Part shown: positions 9,386-18,394 of the stretch, one piece after another
Layout of the letters: every line of letters begins with the position of its first letter
Position numbering within the stretch: position 1 is the first letter of the stretch
Origin: Nonlabens ponticola
GTDB lineage: Bacteria > Bacteroidota > Bacteroidia > Flavobacteriales > Flavobacteriaceae
Reading direction: 5' to 3'
Assembly: GCF_003966335.1 (NCBI RefSeq)
Contig: NZ_CP034549.1
Location: 1,410,001 to 1,442,000, forward strand
DNA length: 32,000 nucleotides
Program-made: the position numbers and the translations under genes
Notes under the pieces: model-generated
Told to the model about the DNA's origin: nothing
The model's input: the letters and a program-made list of their open reading frames with translations, nothing else
Database searches by the model: none

Positions 9386-10323
9386 TGAATGATACTATGC
9401 TATCCATTATTATTCCTTATTATAAGATTGATTTCTTTGAAGACACCTTGAAATCATTATCGTTACAGACGGATAAGCGATTTAATGTTTTCATAGGTAA
9501 TGACGGAAGTCCTGATGATCCATCAGCTTTGATTGAAAAATATCAAAACCACTTTGACCTTGAATACCATAAGTTTGATGAAAACCTGGGTAAATACTCT
9601 TTGATAAAACAATGGGAACGATGTATTGATCTAGTTCCTGATACTACTTGGATTCAAATAATTGGAGATGATGATATTTTGGAGCCTACATGTGTAGAAG
9701 CTTTTTATGAAAATCTAGATGAAATTAATCGTTCAGGTAGTCAGGTGGTTAGATATGCTACAAGAGTTATAGATGTTAGCAGTGATTTTTTAACTGACTC
9801 TTTTACTCATCCAAAAACTGAGACGTCGATTAATTTTTTTATTCGTAAGCTTAATGGTTTGACTCGTAGTTCTCTACCAGAATATGTTTTTAAATTTGAA
9901 TCTTTCAAGGCCGTTGGCCTACGCGATTTTCCGCTAGCTTGGCATAGTGATGATATTTTGGTTTTAGAGGTTTCAGATTTTGGCAACATCTATACTATTA
10001 ATGAGGCTAATGTGCTTTTCAGAAGTAGCGGTATCAACATAAGTTCAAAACAGGATAATAATGGGCCTAAGGCCTATGCTTCGTTTGCCTATTACAATCA
10101 TCTAATCTCCTTGTATTCTAATCGATTTGATAAGAATCAATTGAATTTATTATTGGACAATTGGGAAAGAGCCTTCTACAATATCAAAAGCGTTCCTAAA
10201 TTTTGGATACAGTTCTCCTCTTATTATTTATCACATGGTTTAGTTTTAAGATATACCAATTTTATTGGCAGATCTTTAAAGAGAACCATTCTCCACAAAT
10301 TGAAAAATCGCAGTAAAAAATAG
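9385..10323 (+). CDS. GT-A fold (GT2-like) glycosyltransferase, paralog of 6565..7500
   Basis: LSIIIPYYKIDFFEDTLKSLSLQTDKRFNVFIGNDGSPDD and IIGDDDIL. It is collinear with the 6565 protein along its whole length (e.g. PLAWHADDY vs PLAWHSDDI). It has a TGATG overlap with the upstream gene. Confidence 0.75.
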   Translation: MNDTMLSIIIPYYKIDFFEDTLKSLSLQTDKRFNVFIGNDGSPDDPSALIEKYQNHFDLEYHKFDENLGKYSLIKQWERCIDLVPDTTWIQIIGDDDILEPTCVEAFYENLDEINRSGSQVVRYATRVIDVSSDFLTDSFTHPKTETSINFFIRKLNGLTRSSLPEYVFKFESFKAVGLRDFPLAWHSDDILVLEVSDFGNIYTINEANVLFRSSGINISSKQDNNGPKAYASFAYYNHLISLYSNRFDKNQLNLLLDNWERAFYNIKSVPKFWIQFSSYYLSHGLVLRYTNFIGRSLKRTILHKLKNRSKK

Positions 10324-10327
10324 ATTT

Positions 10328-11545
10328 ATGGTCAAGAATGTTTTAGTGATTGCTCAGGATCTAAGGATTTCTGGAACCAGCGAGGGAATAGTATCACGAT
10401 CCTTCATAAAGAGATTAAAAATGATCTGGCCTTCGACTCGTGTAGATGTTTTATACACCAGACTTCATGGTGTGAGCGATGAGAAAATAGAATTATTAAA
10501 TGCAGATAATGTTCAAATAGAGAACGTCAATCGAGATATTCCATCTTATATAAAATGGCTCAATAAGTTTTATTGGAGGTCATTCCATGAATCATTGAAC
10601 GATGCACACATAGTGAACAAAATATCTAATATTTATAAGTCTTTAGACTTTTCAAAATATGATGTTATTTTCCTGCGCAGCTCTGGACAAGATTATGAGA
10701 ATATCCTTGCCGCAGTAGAATTTGATTTTTTAAAGAAGTCAATCGTCAATTTTCATGACCCGTATCCTGCATTCTGGGATCCTGGAAGTTCTAGCAATCT
10801 TGATATGTTAGAATTAAAGAAAGTAAAAAGAATGCATGAAGTAGTTGAAAAAGCAGGGATCAGTATATCACCTTCTCAATTGCTTTCCCAGGATATCTCT
10901 GTTTTATACAATCAATCCAAAAAACCACTGTCAACAATACCGCATCAATTTGAACCAACTGCCTTTGCCTTTAGTAAGTTGGATGCAGAATATAAGAAGA
11001 ATAAAAAGTACTCAATAACTTATCATGGAACTTTGCAGTTGGGTCGGGACATTGAAATTATCATAGATGCCTTTAAAGATCTATTGACGAATACTTTGAT
11101 TGAAAATAATTTTGAAATGATTTTACGGCTTAAAAGCGTTCACTATCATAAACTTGCGAGCAAATATTCTGGCATTGAGAACATACGGATATTGAAAGGT
11201 GCAAAATCGTCAATTTGTTTAAGTGAACAGATTTACAAGTCTGATGTAGCACTTCTTGTTGAAAATAATCTAGAGTACAGCAATATTTTACCAGGAAAGC
11301 TGCCAGTGCTCGCAAGTTCTAATGGAACGGTGTTCTCTGTCTGTCCAGATAAGAGTGAATCAAGACGTATAATTGAGGATGATAGGTTAGTAGCAAATAG
11401 CAAGAACAAAAAAGAAATTCAAGAGAAGCTTTCAGACCTACTATTGAGAATTATTAATAATGAAAAGGTAAAAAATCCTTATGCAGATTATTTTAGTCTT
11501 CAATCCTTTGAAAATATACTCAACAACTTAAGCTTAGTTTTTTGA
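10328..11545 (+). CDS. Divergent GT-B-fold glycosyltransferase-like protein (function unassigned)
   Basis: 405-aa ORF in operon context. The C-terminal half (ITYHGTLQLGRDIEII...LPGKLPVLASSNGTVF) resembles a GT1/GT4 C-domain, but I see no clear EX7E motif. Confidence 0.5.
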   Translation: MVKNVLVIAQDLRISGTSEGIVSRSFIKRLKMIWPSTRVDVLYTRLHGVSDEKIELLNADNVQIENVNRDIPSYIKWLNKFYWRSFHESLNDAHIVNKISNIYKSLDFSKYDVIFLRSSGQDYENILAAVEFDFLKKSIVNFHDPYPAFWDPGSSSNLDMLELKKVKRMHEVVEKAGISISPSQLLSQDISVLYNQSKKPLSTIPHQFEPTAFAFSKLDAEYKKNKKYSITYHGTLQLGRDIEIIIDAFKDLLTNTLIENNFEMILRLKSVHYHKLASKYSGIENIRILKGAKSSICLSEQIYKSDVALLVENNLEYSNILPGKLPVLASSNGTVFSVCPDKSESRRIIEDDRLVANSKNKKEIQEKLSDLLLRIINNEKVKNPYADYFSLQSFENILNNLSLVF

Positions 11546-12561
11546 GAGTCGGTTATAACCCAAATAGGAATCAACAACTATCAGACGCGGTATACACACA
11601 TTTAGTCGTGGTGCCCGTTTATATTCCACATTTAAGAGATTACTATAAGGACAGTTTGAGAATTTTAGAAAGCTGTCTAAAATCTTTGATAAATTCTGTT
11701 CATTCAAATACGCTAATATCGGTTGTTGATAACGGGAGTTGTCAAGAAGTAAATTCTTTCCTAAGCGAGATGTTGAAAGAGCGCATCCTAGATGAGCTTA
11801 TTACAACCGTAAATATTGGAAAATTGAATGCCATACTTAAAGGAGTGTCTGGTCATAAAGTTGACCTGATAACCATTTCTGACGCTGATATTTTATTTGT
11901 GAAAGGTTGGCAAAAAGAAACAGCAGATGTTTTCTTAAACATTAAAAAGGCGGCGGTAGTGGGATTGATCCCGCAATTCAAGATGTATTCGAGTTATAGC
12001 TCCAATTTAATATTTGACTATTTATTTTCAAGCAAATTGAAATTTAAACCAGTAGATAATCCCAGTGCCATGAGGGAATTTTATCGCAGTATCGGTTGGA
12101 AAGACAATTACAACAAAAATTATCTGAAATATCACTTAACCATTACCCATAATGATGTAGTGGCGGTCGTCGGATCTGGTCATGCGGTTGCTACCTATAA
12201 ATCGGAAATATTCACCAAGATAAATCATGAGGTATCTACATTTAAACTTGGTGGAGGCTCAGAATCTCGTATTCTAGACTCTTCGGCGTTAAAACTCGAT
12301 GGTTACCGACTTACAACAGCGCAAAACTTTGCATACCATATGGGGAACATTTTTGAGCCATGGATGGAAAGAACAAGTTTTGAAGGACGACCCAAAGTTT
12401 CTAACGATCATCTTTTAAGTTTCAAAAATAAACTTGAAAAAAGGCCGGTGAGATTTTATTTAAAAAGTAAAATGTTTAAAAGACTTTTCAAAGTTTCCAT
12501 TTTTACTCGGCTCTTTCTCAGGACAAAGGGATTAACTTCAGATATTGCACGTAATTATTAA
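11542..12561 (+). CDS. GT-A fold glycosyltransferase-like protein
   Basis: TTG start overlapping the upstream stop by 4 nt. VVVPVYIPHL...ISVVDNGSCQE and ITISDADILF (a DxD-like motif). Confidence 0.6.
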   Translation: MRVGYNPNRNQQLSDAVYTHLVVVPVYIPHLRDYYKDSLRILESCLKSLINSVHSNTLISVVDNGSCQEVNSFLSEMLKERILDELITTVNIGKLNAILKGVSGHKVDLITISDADILFVKGWQKETADVFLNIKKAAVVGLIPQFKMYSSYSSNLIFDYLFSSKLKFKPVDNPSAMREFYRSIGWKDNYNKNYLKYHLTITHNDVVAVVGSGHAVATYKSEIFTKINHEVSTFKLGGGSESRILDSSALKLDGYRLTTAQNFAYHMGNIFEPWMERTSFEGRPKVSNDHLLSFKNKLEKRPVRFYLKSKMFKRLFKVSIFTRLFLRTKGLTSDIARNY

Positions 12562-12565
12562 GTAT

Positions 12566-13483
12566 ATGAATTACATTTTTTCATTGCTAATATGCACTAA
12601 GGATAGGTTGGACCAGCTTTCAAGAACACTAAGTATAATGTCAGCACAAATATTATCAGAAGAGCTTGATGTTGTAATTATAGACGATGGATCCTCTGAT
12701 GGCACATATGAATTTGTTAAAAACAATTACCCAGCAATTAGAGCTTTTAGAAACCAACGAAGTCTTGGACTTATGGCTTGTAGAAATTTTTTACTAGAAA
12801 ATGCAAAGGGTAAATATTCTATCTCACTAGATGATGATGCGCACATACTCACTCCAGAGTACACTAAAAAATTGCTATCCTTTTTTAACGATAATCCAAA
12901 GTGCGCTGTTGCTGCACTACGAATATTTTGGTCTGTAGATGAGCCATCTAGAATAGACACCTTAGATAAACCTCAACAGGTTCAAAGTTTTGTGGGTTGT
13001 GGTCATGTTTGGAACATGCACGCGTGGAAGGAGATCGATCCGTATCCAGAATGGTTCGAGTTCTATGGTGAAGAAGATTATGCATCTTACCAATTATTTA
13101 AAAATGGGTGGAAGGTTCTATACTACCCAGCAATTTTGGTACAACATAGGGTGGACTTAAAACAACGTAAGAAGGATCGGGAAAACTATTATTCGCGATT
13201 AGGCAAAGGGATCAGGGCAGGTTGGTTCTTATATGCAATGTTTTATCCTTTAAAACCAGCTATTCGAATGATATCATATAGTCTCTGGATTAAGTTAAAA
13301 AATGACGTATTCAAAGGTGATTTAAGAATGCTATTGATTTTGATAAGTGTAGTTAAGGATTTCATATTCAATTGTCATCGATTTATCAATTCAAACAGGT
13401 TGACCATGAAAGAATACAAAGAATTTAAAAAGATTGATAAGGCTAAGATATATTGGACACCAAAAGAAAAACAATCACGGTAA
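12566..13483 (+). CDS. Family 2 glycosyltransferase
   Basis: The track ORF starts at TTG 12545. I prefer ATG 12566 (MNYIFSLLICTKDRLDQL...VVIIDDGSSDGT), with DxD motif SLDDDAHIL. Confidence 0.85.
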   Translation: MNYIFSLLICTKDRLDQLSRTLSIMSAQILSEELDVVIIDDGSSDGTYEFVKNNYPAIRAFRNQRSLGLMACRNFLLENAKGKYSISLDDDAHILTPEYTKKLLSFFNDNPKCAVAALRIFWSVDEPSRIDTLDKPQQVQSFVGCGHVWNMHAWKEIDPYPEWFEFYGEEDYASYQLFKNGWKVLYYPAILVQHRVDLKQRKKDRENYYSRLGKGIRAGWFLYAMFYPLKPAIRMISYSLWIKLKNDVFKGDLRMLLILISVVKDFIFNCHRFINSNRLTMKEYKEFKKIDKAKIYWTPKEKQSR

Positions 13484-13565
13484 TCCAGCCAGAGGCGGCT
13501 CAAAGCAATTGGCCAGAAAAATTGATGCTATGTTAAATGATCTTAATGCGCTGGAACATCTTATA

Positions 13566-13579
13566 GCTTACGCGAAAGC
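13566..13579. repeat. Iterated palindrome copy 4, one mismatch (GCTTACGCGAAAGC)
   Basis: cttata[core]taaaat. It lies in the 13484..13719 spacer, with T>A at 13570. Confidence 0.8.
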
Positions 13580-13719
13580 TAAAATCCAGCATAATGACAT
13601 TATGATAATAAATACGATTGATACTATTAATTTTACTGCATGTAATATTATGAAATGAGTAATGATATTAATATATATCTTGCCCTAGATATGGCATTGT
13701 ATTTTCTTCAAAAAGGCCC

Positions 13720-14514
13720 ATGTTCATGAGTGATGTATCTATTTTATCAACGGTCATCAATTTTGAGTTGTATAAGAAGACCTCACCACTGCACCCAACT
13801 GCGATAAATAGATTTGTCATCGATGGTCGCAATGGTATGCATGGATTATCCAGTCTGCGGTATGCCATCAGAAAATTAAAATCCCAAAAGGTTGACTGGC
13901 TACTCATGTGCGATGAAGATGTGATATTTCAGGATGCCAGCGCTATCGAGAAGATCAAAAATCACATGCTGGCAAACGATCAGGTAGTCGCAGGTGTACG
14001 CGACGGTGGTATGATATCGCACCGTGGTTATAATCCTTATGTTCCCAACACTTTTTTGTGCCTCATTCACTGGAGTAGAGTCATGGAATCATTCTCTATG
14101 AAAGAAATGCTACAGCAACAGTTCATTAAAGAGGCAGAGTTTGCAGATAAACTTCATCAGTTACCTTTCAAATTTGATCGCAAGAGTGTTTTTGAACCCT
14201 ATTACAGATTCTTCTTCTATTTGCGCAGAAAAGGTTTCAAGATGCTATTCCTAGATTCACAGATGGCAACAGACGGTATTTCAAATCATATCTCATGGGA
14301 CGATAAGATAATGGCAACACATACCTGGTATGCAAGATCCTATGGTGTCAATGAGAAGCATACAAAACGCATTAATGGCATTTTAAAGGATGCCACTTTT
14401 AATAATCTTCCTATTGATAATAGTGAGGTGATTTTATGGAAGGACCCAACCTATTTTCTCACGTCCAAGGTCAAAAAAATAGCACGCCGTATACATAACA
14501 GGTTTTCAAACTAA
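13720..14514 (+). CDS. Hypothetical GT-A-like protein with CDEDV (DxD-type) motif
   Basis: 264-aa ORF after a 236-nt gap. LLMCDEDVIFQD resembles a nucleotide-sugar transferase DxD motif. I do not recognise the family. Confidence 0.45.
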   Translation: MFMSDVSILSTVINFELYKKTSPLHPTAINRFVIDGRNGMHGLSSLRYAIRKLKSQKVDWLLMCDEDVIFQDASAIEKIKNHMLANDQVVAGVRDGGMISHRGYNPYVPNTFLCLIHWSRVMESFSMKEMLQQQFIKEAEFADKLHQLPFKFDRKSVFEPYYRFFFYLRRKGFKMLFLDSQMATDGISNHISWDDKIMATHTWYARSYGVNEKHTKRINGILKDATFNNLPIDNSEVILWKDPTYFLTSKVKKIARRIHNRFSN

Positions 14515-14546
14515 CATTCTGACACCGCTTTTACTCTGTTAAACCG

Positions 14547-14567
14547 CTATTTCCTAGGATGAAATAG
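14547..14567 (+). terminator. Weak hairpin after the 13720..14514 gene
   Basis: ctatttc-ctaggat-gaaatag (7-bp AT-rich stem, 7-nt loop), 33 nt after the stop. No T-tract follows. Confidence 0.2.
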
Positions 14568-14719
14568 ATAGAGGTTTATGCCGTTGAGGATACCATAAAT
14601 GCTTGCTTGAAATAACAATCTTAAACTTGTTTGTACCCCAAAGACTCATGATTACAACTATGTCATGCCTAATATTGAAATTTGATCGGATCATTGGCTA
14701 GCTAATATCTTAACTTCAA

Positions 14720-14727
14720 TATATTTG
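14720..14727 (+). promoter_or_regulatory. Candidate Bacteroidota -7 promoter box TATATTTG (consensus TAnnTTTG)
   Basis: Exact match to TAnnTTTG in the 294-nt non-coding gap, about 80 nt upstream of GTG 14809. A TTG lies at 14694-14696, about 23 nt upstream. This rests on the motif alone. Confidence 0.3.
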
Positions 14728-14808
14728 GCTACATCATAGATTTTTCAATTAGCACCAATCACAACAGACAAAAAACATAGAACATTAGGCCTAGTCATTA
14801 CTGACGGC

Positions 14809-16167
14809 GTGGGCTACCGCAACTTTATATTGAGTGCGTTTACAAGTGCTGTTACAAATCATTTTGATCATGTGGTGATTTTTTCTGGCCTGCCAGCCGT
14901 TGTGTATCAGGATTTAAATCCAGATTATTTCACTGTTGTTGAGTTACCTATCTACCGCGAGAATAAAAAACAATGGTTTATACGTAAATTGAGAGAAACG
15001 GCGCATCTCAGGCTATTTCCAGATAATGATGGTATCGTAAACAATCTCAAAAAAAACTACAGGTCTGGCTGGCGACCTAATGATATTTTGGTAAAAGCGA
15101 TTTACGCCATCAGCAGGATTGCGCCATCAGAAAAACGGGTGCAACAGTTTGAACGCTGGCGCGACAAGGACTTGAAAAAGAGCAGTATACACAAGGAGAT
15201 AAATGCCTTGATGCAACAACATCGAGTAGATCAACTGTTTTTCACGCACCAGCGACCACCTTTTATCGCTTTGCTCGTGATTGCTGCTAGGGAATTGGGT
15301 ATTCCTAGTACCACATTTATTTTTTCATGGGACAACCTAGCCTCCAAAGGTCGCATGGCAGCAACCTTTGATCATTATCTAGTATGGAGCGACCTTATGA
15401 AATCTGACTTATTGGAGTTTTATAAGTCCGTAGATTCAAAGCAGATAACCGTGGTGGGAACGCCGCAATTTGAACCTTATACGCTACCAGCATTTGAGCT
15501 TGAAAAGGAATGGTTCTTTGATCGATTTGATCTAGATGCAACTAAAAAAGTGATCTGTTACAGCTGTGCAGATAAATCGATAGGACCCAATGATCCGTTG
15601 GTAATATCTACCATAGCTCAAGCAATTAAAGACCAAAAAATAAAAAGCGCCCAATTGCTCGTGCGCACTTCACCAGCGGAAGATCCTGCTAGATTTAGGG
15701 AAGTGCAACGGCAATTCCCATCCATAAAATGGAACGAGCCATTATGGAAATCTACCAGAGACAACCATCCAGAGCCTTGGAGCCAACGCATACCTCAAAA
15801 AGCGGATATTGCAGAGCTGCGAGCAATATTAGAGTATTCAGATTTGAATATCAATATGCTCTCTACCATGAGCCTGGATTTCATGTTGTTTGACAAACCA
15901 GTCGTCAACACGGTATTTGGTAATAAGGAAAATGGACTCTATAACGATCAACGCTTTTTAAGCTACCAGCACTACAAGACTGTAGTCGATAGCGGCGCCG
16001 TTGAAATTGCCAAAAATGCTGAAGAGCTCATCACAGCGATCAACTATTCATTGGCACATCCAAAATCCAGGCTCAGCCAGCAGCGTGATATAATCAAATT
16101 ACAAATAAGTAAACCGCTAGAAGGAACTTCAGCTCGCATCGCACAAACGCTGATAAATCTATCATGA
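14809..16167 (+). CDS. GT-B-like transferase, tentatively TagF/CDP-glycerol glycerophosphotransferase-like
   Basis: 452-aa ORF from GTG 14809. Motifs VVGTPQFEPY, KVICYSCADKS and NMLSTMSLDFMLFDKPVVN loosely resemble TagB/TagF-family blocks. The conserved-looking sequence continues upstream of the GTG (see findings). Confidence 0.4.
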   Translation: MGYRNFILSAFTSAVTNHFDHVVIFSGLPAVVYQDLNPDYFTVVELPIYRENKKQWFIRKLRETAHLRLFPDNDGIVNNLKKNYRSGWRPNDILVKAIYAISRIAPSEKRVQQFERWRDKDLKKSSIHKEINALMQQHRVDQLFFTHQRPPFIALLVIAARELGIPSTTFIFSWDNLASKGRMAATFDHYLVWSDLMKSDLLEFYKSVDSKQITVVGTPQFEPYTLPAFELEKEWFFDRFDLDATKKVICYSCADKSIGPNDPLVISTIAQAIKDQKIKSAQLLVRTSPAEDPARFREVQRQFPSIKWNEPLWKSTRDNHPEPWSQRIPQKADIAELRAILEYSDLNINMLSTMSLDFMLFDKPVVNTVFGNKENGLYNDQRFLSYQHYKTVVDSGAVEIAKNAEELITAINYSLAHPKSRLSQQRDIIKLQISKPLEGTSARIAQTLINLS

Positions 16168-17261
16168 GTGATTTAGCTGGTCATATAGCCGTGGTGTGCA
16201 ATTATCAATTGCGTGAGGACAGGATAGGTGGCATGGATCGTTTTTTTGTGCGGTATGACGCTTTCGCGAAAGCTAACAATTACAAAGTCTCCTGGTATTT
16301 TTCCAACCATGAGGATCTAGAATTTTATCGTGAACTAGATATTGTTCCCAACTCTGGAAAATCTGCGGAACAGCATTTTATAGATCACTTGAATAGTTCA
16401 AAGTATTCCCACGTGGTGACGCATTTTACTTCCTTATGTAGCAATTTTCATAAAAAGATAAAGCAAGCACTACCAGATTCAAAATTGATGGTGGTGGATC
16501 ACAATCCACGACCGTTGCATGGTTTTACGGTTAAAAAGCGCCTGAAAAATAGACTGAAAGCTATATTGTTTGCAAAGTATGTCGATCAATGGATAGGTGT
16601 ATCAAATTATACGGTACATCATATCATCAAGGATCTTGGGAACCTTGTAAAGCCTAAAACAAGGTGTATTTACAACGGTATTGATGTTTCTGTGATTCCG
16701 TCTAGAGACATAATTGGCAACATCAATTTTACTGCGCATCGACCCTTGCGATTGATGATCGTCTCACACTTGCGTCATTCCAAAGGCATACAAGATGCCA
16801 TAGCCGCCTTAGGTCGATTATCAATACAAGAATTGAATAGTATAGAAGTGACTATCTACGGTGAAGGTCCTTTTGAAGCTCAACTAAGACAGCAAGTAGC
16901 AGATAATAATTTGGACCTAGTAATCACCTTCAAGGGCAGCTCACCGATCATACCCCAATTACTGCAAGATTATGATTATTTGTTACAACCTACTTACATG
17001 GAATGTTTTAGTTTGTCTATTCTAGAGTCATTAGCGGCAAACTTGCCAGTCATTACCACTACCGTAGGTGGTAATCTAGAAGTGATCCATCATGAGAAAA
17101 ATGGATTTATTTTTGAACCACAGGCTATTGATGATTTGGTTACTGTTTTACACGGTATTGTACATTCTCGACTCGCAATAGAAGAACCTACAAGGCCTTT
17201 GATCAAGCAGGAATTTTATCTTGACAAAATGGTGCAGGAACATTTTAATCTGATCGACTGA
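16164..17261 (+). CDS. Family 4 (GT-B) glycosyltransferase
   Basis: C-terminal EX7E region CFSLSILESLAANLPVITTTVGGNLEVIHHEKNGFIF. It has a 4-nt overlap with the upstream gene. Confidence 0.85.
   Translation: MSDLAGHIAVVCNYQLREDRIGGMDRFFVRYDAFAKANNYKVSWYFSNHEDLEFYRELDIVPNSGKSAEQHFIDHLNSSKYSHVVTHFTSLCSNFHKKIKQALPDSKLMVVDHNPRPLHGFTVKKRLKNRLKAILFAKYVDQWIGVSNYTVHHIIKDLGNLVKPKTRCIYNGIDVSVIPSRDIIGNINFTAHRPLRLMIVSHLRHSKGIQDAIAALGRLSIQELNSIEVTIYGEGPFEAQLRQQVADNNLDLVITFKGSSPIIPQLLQDYDYLLQPTYMECFSLSILESLAANLPVITTTVGGNLEVIHHEKNGFIFEPQAIDDLVTVLHGIVHSRLAIEEPTRPLIKQEFYLDKMVQEHFNLID
16260..16273. repeat. Iterated palindrome copy 5, exact
   Basis: gtatgac[core]taacaa. It lies in the GT4 gene 16164..17261 and is read as AFAKA. 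Confidence 0.98.
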
Positions 17262-18394
17262 TGCACATTCTTTTCCTTACTCCAGAATATCCGCATGAAG
17301 CTACAGGCGCTAGTGGTGGTTTGGGAACCAGTATCAAGAACTTAGTAATTGCTCTAGTGGACAAAGGTGTTGAGGTAAGCGTTGTAGTGCCTTATCAGGA
17401 TGAGACAAGGATCATTCAAGAAAACGGCTGGACTTTATATAAAATAGCCAGTAAAAAATTCTCGTTTGCCAACTGGTTTTTTTACAAACGTCACGTGGGC
17501 AAACTTATCAATAAGTATTGCCAGCAAAAGAATGTTGATCTTATCGAGGTTCCTGACTGGACAGGCATATCTGCCTTCATGAATCTTAAAACAAAAATCT
17601 GCTCACGATTCAATGGTAGTGATGCCTATTTCTGTGAGCTGGATGGTCGTAAGCAATCCCGACGCAATTTTCTTCTAGAAAAACTCAACTTAAAAAATGC
17701 GTTGCATTATTGTTCGGCTAGTTCATTTACGGCACGACGTACTCGAGATATTTTCAAGCTGCATAAACCTATTCGAACGATTCACAACAGTATCGATCAC
17801 GAGAATTTTGTGCCTATACAAAACGATAAGGATACGCAGACGATTCTTTATTTTGGCACTATCATACGCAAAAAAGGTGTTCTTGATCTTGCAGCAGCTT
17901 TTAACAAAGTAGCCAGCCAAAATCCCAAAGCTAAATTGATATGGCTGGGAAAGGACGCCAAGGATGTCTTTACAGGTTCATCCACGATCGAATTGGTTAA
18001 AGAGATTCTAGATGAAAATGCTGTAACGAGAACTACCTTTTTAAGCGAGATTCCTTATGATCAGGTACAACAAGAAATAGCAAAAGCAACCGTAATTTGT
18101 TTACCCAGCTATGCCGAGGCTTTTCCAATGACTTGGTTAGAATCCATGTCAATGGAAAAAGCCATGGTTACCAGCAACATAGGTTGGGCAAACGAGATGG
18201 TAGAAGATGAAGTCACAGGATATACCGTAACTCCTGAGAATCATGAATTATTCGCAAACCGAATATTGGAATTACTATCAGATCATAAAAAGAGAGAAAG
18301 CTTTGGAAAGGCAGCTCGCGCTAAGGTTATAAAAGAATTCAGTACTCAAGTGATTGTCGATCAAAATATCGATTTTTACAGCAAAATCATTTAA
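17261..18394 (+). CDS. Family 4 (GT-B) glycosyltransferase
   Basis: MHILFLTPEYPHEATGASGGLG N-terminus and EAFPMTWLESMSMEKAMVTSNIGWANEMVEDEVTGY. It has a TGATG overlap with the upstream gene. Confidence 0.85.
   Translation: MHILFLTPEYPHEATGASGGLGTSIKNLVIALVDKGVEVSVVVPYQDETRIIQENGWTLYKIASKKFSFANWFFYKRHVGKLINKYCQQKNVDLIEVPDWTGISAFMNLKTKICSRFNGSDAYFCELDGRKQSRRNFLLEKLNLKNALHYCSASSFTARRTRDIFKLHKPIRTIHNSIDHENFVPIQNDKDTQTILYFGTIIRKKGVLDLAAAFNKVASQNPKAKLIWLGKDAKDVFTGSSTIELVKEILDENAVTRTTFLSEIPYDQVQQEIAKATVICLPSYAEAFPMTWLESMSMEKAMVTSNIGWANEMVEDEVTGYTVTPENHELFANRILELLSDHKKRESFGKAARAKVIKEFSTQVIVDQNIDFYSKII

Noticed and set aside
13434-13658. A 74-aa plus-strand ORF overlapping the end of the GT2 gene and covering the 13484..13719 spacer.
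   Set aside because: It overlaps a well-supported CDS in another frame, has low complexity and no motifs. Part of its length is owed to the stop-free palindrome copy. It is probably non-coding.
5775-14514. The low-GC block as a bounded mobile element or genomic island.
   Set aside because: I found no integrase, transposase, tRNA attachment site or flanking direct repeats. Only the compositional shift supports foreign origin, so I report it as a cassette hypothesis, not as a mobile element.
14631-14648. TTGTACC followed by CCAAAGAC, resembling the left flank plus a half-core of the palindromic element.
   Set aside because: Only the 7-nt flank and an AAAG fragment match. That is too little to distinguish from chance.
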